A stretch of 53,949 nucleotides of DNA. Origin: an uncultured Gammaproteobacteria bacterium. Its GTDB lineage: Bacteria > Patescibacteriota > Patescibacteriia > UBA9934 > GWF2-40-263. Below, one piece after another: positions 15,403 to 23,255 of this stretch (position 1 is its first letter; the number at the start of each line of letters is the position of its first letter). A model generated the notes under the pieces. It made no database searches, was not told the origin of the DNA, and was given only the letters and a program-made list of their open reading frames with translations. The position numbers and the translations under genes are program-made. The DNA is taken from NCBI GenBank assembly GCA_964355525.1, contig CAYHDY010000001.1:1-53949 (forward strand), given 5' to 3'.

Positions 15403-16724
15403 ACATCGTGATCATCGGCACGGGATACGTGGGACTGACATCGGGGATTGGATATGCGAAATTGGGGAATCGTGTCGCGTGTGTTGATATCGATGCGGAA
15501 AAAATTGCAAAGCTTGATTTGGGTCAGGTGCCGTTTTTCGAAGCTGGGATGACGGAAGCGCTGCATCAAGAACAAGAAATGGGTTCGATCGTTTTTACGA
15601 CGGATCTCTCATCTGTCCTCGGTGAAGCGGAGGTGATCTTGCTCGCGGTTGGAACGCCGTCGAATTCAAGCGGGGAAGCGAATCTTTCTTTTTTATTTCA
15701 AGCAGCAAAACAAATCGGACAACATCTTGATCACGAAGTTGTGATTGTTACGAAAAGTACGGTGCCGGTCGGAACGAATCGTCGTGTCCTTGCTGCGATT
15801 CAAGAATCGATGGTCGTATCGGGGCGATCGGATCTCACGAGTTTGATTCAGATCGCAAGCGTGCCGGAATTTTTGCGAGAGGGAAGCGCGTTGAGAGATT
15901 TCATGGAACCGGAACGGATCGTGGTTGGAGCGGAAGATGAAATTGTTTTTGCGGTTGTCGAAGCAATGCATCACGGGATTAAAACAACGTGGGTGAAAAC
16001 ATCAATCGAGACAGCCGAGCTCACAAAGTACGCGGCGAACGCGATGCTTGCGACAAAGATTTCGTTCATCAATGAGATTGCAAACATCGCGGATCGCACG
16101 GGTGCGAATGTGCGCGACATTGCGTACGCGATCGGGCTCGACTCGCGGATCGGTCCGCATTTTTTGCAGGCAGGCATCGGATACGGAGGATCGTGTTTTC
16201 CGAAAGACGTTTCTGCATTGCATCAAATCGCCGGCACAAACGGATATGATTTCAAATTATTGACCGCAGTGATCGAAGTGAATAATCGTCAGCGCGATGT
16301 GTTTATCAAAAAAATTCAGGATGTACTCGGCACGTTGAAGGGGCGACGGATTGCTGTGTGGGGACTTGCGTTTAAAGCGGGAACGGATGATGTCAGAGAG
16401 TCTGCATCGATCGATATTGTTCGCCGATTGTACGCACTTGGTGCCGACATTTGTGCATTTGATCCGAAGGCGGAAGTTTCTGCGAAACGTCTATTGCCGG
16501 ACGCTCTTTCATTCGCGTCGACCGCGATCGATGCAGCGGATGGGGCGGAAGCCCTTGTTGTACTCACAGAGTGGCCGGAGTTTCGCGACGTTTCGTTTTC
16601 AACTGTGAAAGCACGCATGCTCGATCCGATTATTTTTGACGGACGCAATCATCTCGCAGATTTATCACTCGCGAAATTTGGATTTCAGTATCACGGCATC
16701 GGTGTATGTTCTTCCGATCGATAA
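15399..16724 (+). CDS. ugd: UDP-glucose 6-dehydrogenase
   Basis: GTGYVGL Rossmann motif and catalytic GGSCFPKD. Size 441 aa. ATGA overlap with leuS. Confidence 0.9.
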   Translation: MNIVIIGTGYVGLTSGIGYAKLGNRVACVDIDAEKIAKLDLGQVPFFEAGMTEALHQEQEMGSIVFTTDLSSVLGEAEVILLAVGTPSNSSGEANLSFLFQAAKQIGQHLDHEVVIVTKSTVPVGTNRRVLAAIQESMVVSGRSDLTSLIQIASVPEFLREGSALRDFMEPERIVVGAEDEIVFAVVEAMHHGIKTTWVKTSIETAELTKYAANAMLATKISFINEIANIADRTGANVRDIAYAIGLDSRIGPHFLQAGIGYGGSCFPKDVSALHQIAGTNGYDFKLLTAVIEVNNRQRDVFIKKIQDVLGTLKGRRIAVWGLAFKAGTDDVRESASIDIVRRLYALGADICAFDPKAEVSAKRLLPDALSFASTAIDAADGAEALVVLTEWPEFRDVSFSTVKARMLDPIIFDGRNHLADLSLAKFGFQYHGIGVCSSDR

Positions 16725-18196
16725 TGGTATCGCCGTCAAAAACATTCGCCGCCCTCGCGGCGATGTTTTGTTTTGGTATTCTCCTCGGTCCATTGTTCAT
16801 TTCTGTTCCGACGAATGTGTACCTCGTTCTTCTGATCGTTTGCGTTTTAATCGTTTCGTTCTCCCCTCCTTCACAAGGAGGGGTAGATGGTGGTCGCGCA
16901 AAGTGGTTCGGTCTTTTTATCCTGATGTTCATCTTCGGATTATTTCGTTACGCACAAAGCGAGATCCCAAAAAATATTCCGACCGTGCGAGAACGCACCG
17001 GTTCGATGCTTCGCATTGAAGGAGATGTGATTGCCGAACCAGCCATCAGTTCGAAATCGCAACAAGTCACGATTGGTCATGTACGTGTTGTCGATGAGTC
17101 TCTTTTTGGAAACGTTCTCGTTTCCATTTCGAAAGATCAATCGATCGTGTACGGGGATCACCTCACGTTCGCGTGCTCGATGCAGATTCCTCGACCGTTC
17201 AGCGGATTTGCTTACGATCGATTTCTTCAAGCGAAAGGTGTCTTTGCTCTTTGTCGATTTCCGCACAATCTTGATCGTGTTGCGTCGAAACAGTTCTCAA
17301 TCGCCGGATCGATTCTTTCTTTCAAACATCAAATCATCACAAAAATGAAACAGATTTTTCCCGAACCGCACGCGTCGTTTCTCTTCGGTCTCGTGTTCGG
17401 CGGAAACATCGGACTCGATAAAGATATTCAAAATGATTTTGCGAAGACAGGAACATCGCACATTCTTGCCGCATCCGGTTTCAATGTTTCGTTGTTTACG
17501 TTCGTCTTCTTCGGCTGGGTGATTCAATATCTCGGTCGAAAGCGCGGAGCGATCGCGACACTCATTCTTCTCGGTGCATATGTGATCATGGCTGGTGCGA
17601 CGGCGGCTGTCGTTCGAGCTGCTGTGTTTGGAGTCGTACTGCTTACTGGTTCTGTGATCGGTCGGCGTGCACATGTTTTGAATGCATTATTGTTCACAGC
17701 ATCGCTCATGTTGTTTTACAATCCGCGTTGGCTTCTTGATGATGTTGGGTTTCAACTTTCTTTCGTTGCCTTCGCGGCAATCATGTTTGTCGCACCGCGA
17801 ATCGAAGAGCGACTCGAATTTATTCCTGATCGATTCGGAATCCGCGATGCACTCGCCGGTTCTCTCTCGGCGATTCTCCTCACGCTTCCGATCATGCTCT
17901 GGCAATTCGGTTCCGTCTCGCTCACCGCCCCGTTTGCAAACGTTTTCGTTTTGCCGCTCCTTCCGTTTCTGATGTTGTATACGATCGCGATTCTTCCGAT
18001 CGCATGGATCTCAACGATCGTCGGAACATACATTGCCCTTCCGTCACTCATCGGATCTAGATACGTTCTTACGATCATTGGGATTTTCGCGTCACCGACA
18101 TTCGCCTACGTTCCCGTTCCGTTTGCGCATGCCGCCGCGATCATCTCAGCGATCGCAATCATCATCGGATGCGTTGTCTTTTTTCGACGGTCGTGA
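16724..18196 (+). CDS. comEC: ComEC/Rec2-family competence channel protein (no metallo-beta-lactamase domain)
   Basis: Polytopic membrane protein. Competence-domain segment FAKTGTSHILAASGFNVS. TAATG overlap with ugd. Element at 16861-16896 lies in an early loop. Confidence 0.75.
   Translation: MVSPSKTFAALAAMFCFGILLGPLFISVPTNVYLVLLIVCVLIVSFSPPSQGGVDGGRAKWFGLFILMFIFGLFRYAQSEIPKNIPTVRERTGSMLRIEGDVIAEPAISSKSQQVTIGHVRVVDESLFGNVLVSISKDQSIVYGDHLTFACSMQIPRPFSGFAYDRFLQAKGVFALCRFPHNLDRVASKQFSIAGSILSFKHQIITKMKQIFPEPHASFLFGLVFGGNIGLDKDIQNDFAKTGTSHILAASGFNVSLFTFVFFGWVIQYLGRKRGAIATLILLGAYVIMAGATAAVVRAAVFGVVLLTGSVIGRRAHVLNALLFTASLMLFYNPRWLLDDVGFQLSFVAFAAIMFVAPRIEERLEFIPDRFGIRDALAGSLSAILLTLPIMLWQFGSVSLTAPFANVFVLPLLPFLMLYTIAILPIAWISTIVGTYIALPSLIGSRYVLTIIGIFASPTFAYVPVPFAHAAAIISAIAIIIGCVVFFRRS
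16861..16896. repeat. Palindromic element family C' inside comEC (translated as SPPSQGGVDGGR)
   Basis: ctcccctcctt-caca-aggagggg...ggtggtcg. Sibling at 18733-18769 with the same ggtggtcg tail. Confidence 0.7.
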
Positions 18197-18226
18197 TATC
18201 TTTTTCTCGAATTAACATATTTTCTT

Positions 18227-18685
18227 ATGGCTGACGTACAACGCACCCTCGTTCTTCTGAAACCGGACGCCCTTCAGCGCGATTTACTCGGAGAGATCCT
18301 TACACGCTTTGAACGCAAAGGTCTTAAGATCATCGGACTCAAATTGTTTCAACTCTCAGACGAGCAACTCGATGTTCATTACGCCCACCTCACAGAAAAA
18401 TCTTTCTTCGGCGACTTGAAAAAATTCATGAAGCACACACCAGTCGTTGGAATCGTGCTTGAAGGTATGGAAGCGGTCGCGGAAGTTCGCAAGATGATTG
18501 GATCGACAAATCCATTGCAAGCAGATGCAGGAACGGTTCGTGCAGATTTTTCGATGAATGTTTCTTCGAACTTGGTGCACGCATCTGATTCACTCGAGAA
18601 TGCAGCTGCGGAAGTGAAACGATTTTTCAAAGACGATGAATTGTTCTCCTACGCAAAAATCACAGATCAATATATTTTCGGCTAA
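18227..18685 (+). CDS. ndk: Nucleoside-diphosphate kinase
   Basis: RTLVLLKPDA, GSTNPLQADAGTVRADF and NLVHASDS (active-site His). Confidence 0.95.
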   Translation: MADVQRTLVLLKPDALQRDLLGEILTRFERKGLKIIGLKLFQLSDEQLDVHYAHLTEKSFFGDLKKFMKHTPVVGIVLEGMEAVAEVRKMIGSTNPLQADAGTVRADFSMNVSSNLVHASDSLENAAAEVKRFFKDDELFSYAKITDQYIFG

Positions 18686-18693
18686 CGATTTGA

Positions 18694-18720
18694 AACAGCC
18701 TCCGAACGAGGCTGTTTTTG
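18694..18720 (+). terminator. Intrinsic terminator of ndk
   Basis: aacagcctc-cgaac-gaggctgtt followed by tttg ttttt. Confidence 0.65.
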
Positions 18721-18732
18721 TTTTTCGAGGAA

Positions 18733-18769
18733 CCCCCTCCTTCTTTGAGGAGGGAGCAGGGGGTGGTCG
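18733..18769. repeat. Palindromic element family C', intergenic copy
   Basis: ccccctcctt-cttt-gaggaggg-agcaggg-ggtggtcg. Confidence 0.7.
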
Positions 18770-18910
18770 TTTTGTAGCCGCTTCGATGGAAAAGATGAGA
18801 TACATCGGTAACACTCCAAGATTCGGAAAAGAAATCCGGTGCGAGGGTTGCAAGTTAATCGAACACATCTTAAGGACGTTTGTGCAACGAAGCACATCGT
18901 CCTTTTTTCT

Positions 18911-18938
18911 TTGACAAACTCGTTCAATCTGCTACTCT
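18911..18938 (+). promoter_or_regulatory. Promoter TTGACA-16-TACTCT for the RSH-like gene
   Basis: TTGACA at 18911-18916 and TACTCT at 18933-18938. It lies inside the longer 18880 ORF, which argues for the ATG at 18997. Confidence 0.45.
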
Positions 18939-18996
18939 GCACATTCCATTCAGTAGGAATGGATATCCGAAACCAACAGAACACGCAGGAGGCGCG

Positions 18997-20142
18997 ATGA
19001 TTCCTTGGAAGATGTTTCTTGAGTGGCAGCATGATTGGCTTGAGATTGATCCGAAAGCCATCGAACGGCGAAGAACGTTTCTCAAGCAAGTTCCGTTTCT
19101 TCGACAAGTGCAGTTCAAACATGCACTTGATACAGTTCGTTTCGGTCGGCGAGCGCTTGTGAAAGATTATGCGTATGCATACGCGGCGCAACTCGCGCTT
19201 GATTCATCGGTCGCAACCACTCCGCATCGTAAGCGATTGCTTGATCTTGCCGAAACACACGAAGAAGGAGAGTTGCCGGATCGACAGCGGTGGTTCGAAT
19301 GTTTGAGTCTGTTTGATCAGGCCATCGTCATTGCGTACATCGAAGCGTATGATCCGGTGGAGACGATCAGCGCGGACATTAATCAGATGATTACATTTCT
19401 CAAAGCTCGATTGTTCGTCGGGGGATTCCGGCGAATCGAGGCGTATTCCTATCACGATCCGAAAAACGGGTATGTCGTGACGAAAGAGAATGTGTCCATT
19501 GATCGTACGCTCCATCGATTGGGACTCGACGAACGTGTAACGCCGTTCACGTGTCGACAAATCGCTGGCGATGGATTTACGTACATGGATCATCGCATCA
19601 AAGATCCGTTCGAAGTGTTTTTGAAGGTTTGTCGTCAGGTGGAAGAAGATCTACTGGAAGATCCTTTTATCATTTTCGATCGCTGCGGTCTCGTGTTTGC
19701 TGCCGAATCGTTCGATGAGATGTATCATTTTGCGAATCGTCTCACGGATGCGCTGGTGGCAGACGGAGCAGAGGTCATCTTACCGCTTCGATGGAATAAA
19801 ACGGATTCAACCATGAATCCCACGAATCGTTCCTCCTCTCCTAATTACAAGGCGGCGAAAACGTTGATCATGTGGCGCGGACGTGCGTTTGAATTCCAAT
19901 TCGTCACGATCGCGGATTTTCTGAACGGATCTCTTTCGCTCACGGATGCGAATCACGAATTGTATAAACTGCGTCAAGCGGAAACGTATTCGTTGCCGCT
20001 CCTGTGGCCGGATACTCTGTACGGGATCCGTTGGAGTGACCCGGCAATCAGTGATCGATTGCGTGTGTGCAAAGAATCACAACTCGGGTGGCGCGTGCAG
20101 CGGCAAGAAGTGAAGACGTCTGTGTTTGACGCGAATGGTTGA
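18997..20142 (+). CDS. Divergent RelA/SpoT-like (small-alarmone-synthetase fold) nucleotidyltransferase with an unknown N-terminal half
   Basis: By-eye match to SAS motifs: HRIKDPFEVFLKV (cf. HRVKSPESIKEKM), IFDRCGLVF (cf. DIAGIRV), NYKAAKTLIMW...AFEFQFVTIADFLN...NHELYK (cf. GYRSYH...VEIQIRT...FWA..H..YK). GCAGGAGG RBS. Confidence 0.45.
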   Translation: MIPWKMFLEWQHDWLEIDPKAIERRRTFLKQVPFLRQVQFKHALDTVRFGRRALVKDYAYAYAAQLALDSSVATTPHRKRLLDLAETHEEGELPDRQRWFECLSLFDQAIVIAYIEAYDPVETISADINQMITFLKARLFVGGFRRIEAYSYHDPKNGYVVTKENVSIDRTLHRLGLDERVTPFTCRQIAGDGFTYMDHRIKDPFEVFLKVCRQVEEDLLEDPFIIFDRCGLVFAAESFDEMYHFANRLTDALVADGAEVILPLRWNKTDSTMNPTNRSSSPNYKAAKTLIMWRGRAFEFQFVTIADFLNGSLSLTDANHELYKLRQAETYSLPLLWPDTLYGIRWSDPAISDRLRVCKESQLGWRVQRQEVKTSVFDANG

Positions 20143-20167
20143 CAGGAGACCATTCATCCATTATATT
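20139..20167 (+). promoter_or_regulatory. Promoter TTGACA-17-TATATT
   Basis: TTGACA at 20139-20144 overlaps the upstream stop codon. TATATT at 20162-20167. Confidence 0.45.
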
Positions 20168-20244
20168 CACCGTTGCGTTTCCGACCGTGTCGGATTCGGT
20201 CCTGTCAGATTTTCTGACGCATCTTCCACAAAGAGGCTTACAAC

Positions 20245-20730
20245 ATGCCCACCGTTCCAATGTTAATGAAGTTTTACGAGGGGTTCCATGCTCTCAGGCC
20301 CAAGGGGAAAAAGCTTTTTCTCGCGGGTCATGTCACGTTCTCCGAAGCGCAGCAGTTCTCCGCGTTTTCGAAGCCGGAGAAAAAGCGCGCGAAGACGCAG
20401 CTCCATCAGATGCATCTCCGCCGGCACAGTCCGATCTTGCGCGAACATGAGAATATCGGCGAGCCCGTGGAATCGATCTACGCGTTCGGCGAAGAACTCG
20501 ACGCCATGCCTGTGCACATCTCGCATCAGGTCCTCGAGGGGTCGATGACGCTCATCCAGGCTCGGTTCGCGAAGCAGCGTCAGTTCGGCAAGAAGCCGGT
20601 GATGGAACTCTGTCGCGCGAATGTGCCGAAGGTTCCCAACCGCGATCGCATGCGCCCCGCGTCCTCTGAAGTGTCGGTGCACGCGGTGAATGTCCGTGTC
20701 CGTCCCAGTCTCCCATCCCCGCGTCGCTGA
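20245..20730 (+). CDS. Hypothetical basic protein (161 aa)
   Basis: It has its own promoter (20139-20167) and terminator (20741-20770). The antisense 252-aa ORF is R/H-rich shadow. Confidence 0.55.
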   Translation: MPTVPMLMKFYEGFHALRPKGKKLFLAGHVTFSEAQQFSAFSKPEKKRAKTQLHQMHLRRHSPILREHENIGEPVESIYAFGEELDAMPVHISHQVLEGSMTLIQARFAKQRQFGKKPVMELCRANVPKVPNRDRMRPASSEVSVHAVNVRVRPSLPSPRR

Positions 20731-20740
20731 CGCGTCTCTG

Positions 20741-20770
20741 ACCTCTTTATCCACAAGAGGTTTTTTATTT
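20741..20770 (+). terminator. Intrinsic terminator
   Basis: acctctt-tatccac-aagaggt followed by tttttatt. Confidence 0.6.
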
Positions 20771-20776
20771 GATCTT

Positions 20777-20814
20777 TGAAATGATTTGACAATCATTTCA
20801 AGACCCGATACTCT
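20777..20814 (+). promoter_or_regulatory. Promoter TTGACA-17-TACTCT with a 24-nt palindromic operator over the -35 element
   Basis: TGAAATGATT-TGAC-AATCATTTCA (20777-20800) has perfect 10-bp arms. TTGACA at 20786-20791 and TACTCT at 20809-20814. Confidence 0.5.
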
Positions 20815-20824
20815 CAATAAAGAT

Positions 20825-20932
20825 ATGCAAACATTTTCTGCCACCACGATTACAAGTACATATACACAGATTTGGCTCTGTGTTGTTTTGTTTATGTTGC
20901 TTGCGCTCTCGGTGGTTTTTACGTGTTCATGA
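20825..20932 (+). CDS. Candidate leaderless micro-ORF, 35-aa hydrophobic peptide MQTFSATTITSTYTQIWLCVVLFMLLALSVVFTCS
   Basis: ATG lies 10 nt after the -10 element, with no SD. A single predicted TM segment. Terminator at 20962-20991. It could equally be a non-coding sRNA. Confidence 0.35.
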   Translation: MQTFSATTITSTYTQIWLCVVLFMLLALSVVFTCS

Positions 20933-20961
20933 TTGAACATTCTTTGAAAAAAGATTTTGTA

Positions 20962-20991
20962 AACCACCCTGAATTTCACGGGTGGTTTTTT
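20962..20991 (+). terminator. Intrinsic terminator of the micro-gene
   Basis: ccaccc-tgaatttcac-gggtgg followed by tttttt. Confidence 0.6.
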
Positions 20992-21004
20992 GTGAAGCTG
21001 TTTT

Positions 21005-21037
21005 TTCATGATTCGAAACACAAGATCGAATCATGAA
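21005..21037. promoter_or_regulatory. 12-bp perfect inverted repeat ttcatgattcga-N9-tcgaatcatgaa
   Basis: Seen directly in the sequence. It lies about 60 nt upstream of the ATG at 21097. It may be an operator or an RNA hairpin. Confidence 0.35.
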
Positions 21038-21096
21038 TCACTGCTTCACGACGACGTTTTCAGACGTTTGACGCAAGCCTTAACAAGGAGAATGCC

Positions 21097-22239
21097 ATGC
21101 CCTTTTCCGTTATCGCACGCACCGATCTATCTCTGCACAATCTTCATGCGATGTATCGTTCTGGCGGATCGGTTATGAAAACGCCGCATGTCGGCAACAT
21201 CTATCCCTGTAATTTGGGTGTCGCCCAGGTCGGAATCCCGATGGTATTCTATGATCGTACGTTTGGAAGTCGCGATCGCAATTTTCATCCGCACGGGGTG
21301 ATTCGCGGCGGGAAGTTTGAAGTGCTTTCTGAAGATCATTTGCTCACGACGCATGCAACGTCACAGCAAATGTCTTCTCTTGCGCCGGAATGGTTTTCTG
21401 TCGGCGCTTCGATGAAGCATGGACATATGCGTGCATTGCGCGCAGCGATTCCGGATATGGAAGGTGACCTGTACACGGATATTCTGCTCAAACAGGCAAA
21501 TGATTTGCTTCCGATGCTCGAAATCGCGTTTCGTGCGATGCCGTCTTTGTGGGAACGTGCGGTGAGTGAAGATGGGATCGTGGAATCTGTCTCGTTTGAT
21601 ACGTGGGATACACTTCTCAAGACCGGTATTTTTGGAGTGACGCATCCGAATGCGGGAGTGCTCATTCCGAACACGCTCAACATTCTCCTTCTTACCATTC
21701 TGGATGCGAAGGAGAAGGGGATTGTGGAAGCGTATCATTTGTCAGGCCCTGACATGATCACGTACATCAATCGTCTCGAGAAAGATCTACACTTTTTGTA
21801 TGACACGATTCGTTTGGCATTGTCTGATTGGCGGTTGCCGGAAACGCTTTCGTTGCACATCGTGCCGGTTGCGGACATGCGTTTTGCTGTGGTGAAGACT
21901 CGACAGAATGCACTCGATACGCTCGTGGACGCCTATCTTGCCTACACGAACAACAATCGCTTGCACGGTGAACGGATGCGAAGCGCGTCTGCGACCGATC
22001 AAGCGCGTGTAAAGTCGGAAGTCGTGCTTTTGCGACGGGCGGAGCGCGAACATCTCATCCGTGCCGTGCACGAATGCCCGGACGTGCTTTACAGCATCTA
22101 TGATCGCAACGCGCCATCGCAATATGATGTGCTCGATGCGGGCGGGTTGTATGTACATCCATGGGCCATTCACGCTCAGATGAGTGAACTCATGGCGGCG
22201 ATGCGTCAATTTGAACGCTTCGCAACCGTTTCTTTGTGA
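21097..22239 (+). CDS. Hypothetical protein (380 aa), orphan
   Basis: AAGGAG RBS 7 nt before the ATG. Balanced composition. No motif recognised. Confidence 0.6.
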   Translation: MPFSVIARTDLSLHNLHAMYRSGGSVMKTPHVGNIYPCNLGVAQVGIPMVFYDRTFGSRDRNFHPHGVIRGGKFEVLSEDHLLTTHATSQQMSSLAPEWFSVGASMKHGHMRALRAAIPDMEGDLYTDILLKQANDLLPMLEIAFRAMPSLWERAVSEDGIVESVSFDTWDTLLKTGIFGVTHPNAGVLIPNTLNILLLTILDAKEKGIVEAYHLSGPDMITYINRLEKDLHFLYDTIRLALSDWRLPETLSLHIVPVADMRFAVVKTRQNALDTLVDAYLAYTNNNRLHGERMRSASATDQARVKSEVVLLRRAEREHLIRAVHECPDVLYSIYDRNAPSQYDVLDAGGLYVHPWAIHAQMSELMAAMRQFERFATVSL

Positions 22240-22289
22240 GAGCTTGTTTGATAACAGGCAAGCTCTCACTCTTTTTTAAAAAAAAATCT

Positions 22290-23255
22290 ATGTTCATATA
22301 TTCATTTCCCATTATCGATCTGCATCAAGATCTTTTATTGCACCTGACGCGTCGGGATTTTTTTCCTGACCAATCGTTACAAACCAGTTTTGAAATGATT
22401 CAAAAAAATAATTTTAAGTTGGTGGTTTCAACAGCATTTCCGGTTCCACCAAAAGAGAATTATTTTGATCCGATTTCGAATCACATGATCGAACAAGAAT
22501 TTTTAACGTATCAACAAAAGACGATTGATGATCCATCATGGACTCTTGTTAAAACCGCACGAGACGTCGATCGTGTCTTGTCAGAGAATCAACAACATGG
22601 ACTTTTGTTGCATATTGAAGGGTTGAATGTATTTCCGGAAGATGGATTTGCAACGTTGGATCGATGGTATGACATCGGCCTGAGATCGCTTGGTATTGTT
22701 TGGAATTTGACGAATCAACTTGGCGGAGGAACAAAAGATCCATCGCAGGGACTCACAGCACTTGGGGCGGATGTGATTGAATGGTGTAAAGAAAAAAACG
22801 TCGTGACGGATTTTGCCCACATGAATGAACCGACGTTTTGGGATGTCGCGAAGCTCGTAAAAAAACCCATTTACATCAGTCATGGAAACTGCCGATCTCT
22901 TTGTGAAAGTCCGCGTAACTATTCGGACGCACAATTGCGAGCTGTTGCAGAAACAAATGGCGTCGTTGGAATGATGTTTGCAAAAACGTATGTCACAGGA
23001 AGGGAACTCACGGGAACAATTACAGACGTCATTCAACACGTTGATCATCTTGTTCAAACGATCGGTGAGGATCACATCGCTCTTGGGACAGATTTGGGTG
23101 GAGTTATTACGGGGTTTGTAACCGGACTTGAATCGATTGATAAGCTTGCTTCATTTTTCGATGCACTGCATGCACATGGATATTCTGATGCCATGATTGA
23201 AAAACTTTGTTACAAAAATGCGGCGCGCGTTATAAAAGAACATTTACCTGTATGA
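22290..23255 (+). CDS. Membrane dipeptidase (peptidase M19 family)-like
   Basis: IIDLHQDLL, LRSLGIVWN, FAHMNEPTFWD and HGNCR resemble renal-dipeptidase family blocks. Start trimmed to MFIYSFPIIDLH. Confidence 0.6.
   Translation: MFIYSFPIIDLHQDLLLHLTRRDFFPDQSLQTSFEMIQKNNFKLVVSTAFPVPPKENYFDPISNHMIEQEFLTYQQKTIDDPSWTLVKTARDVDRVLSENQQHGLLLHIEGLNVFPEDGFATLDRWYDIGLRSLGIVWNLTNQLGGGTKDPSQGLTALGADVIEWCKEKNVVTDFAHMNEPTFWDVAKLVKKPIYISHGNCRSLCESPRNYSDAQLRAVAETNGVVGMMFAKTYVTGRELTGTITDVIQHVDHLVQTIGEDHIALGTDLGGVITGFVTGLESIDKLASFFDALHAHGYSDAMIEKLCYKNAARVIKEHLPV

Noticed and set aside
18880-18996. The N-terminal extension of the RSH-like ORF, and similar long-ORF extensions at 783, 6516-7352, 22236, 24416, 37378 and 52590.
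   Set aside because: The extensions contain promoter hexamers, repeat elements or terminators. Better ATG+RBS starts lie downstream, so the starts were trimmed.
20263-21021. A 252-aa minus-strand ORF covering the 161-aa gene and the micro-gene region.
   Set aside because: Its composition is Arg/His-rich, as expected for an antisense frame. The plus strand has matched promoter/terminator pairs for two units that this ORF would run through.
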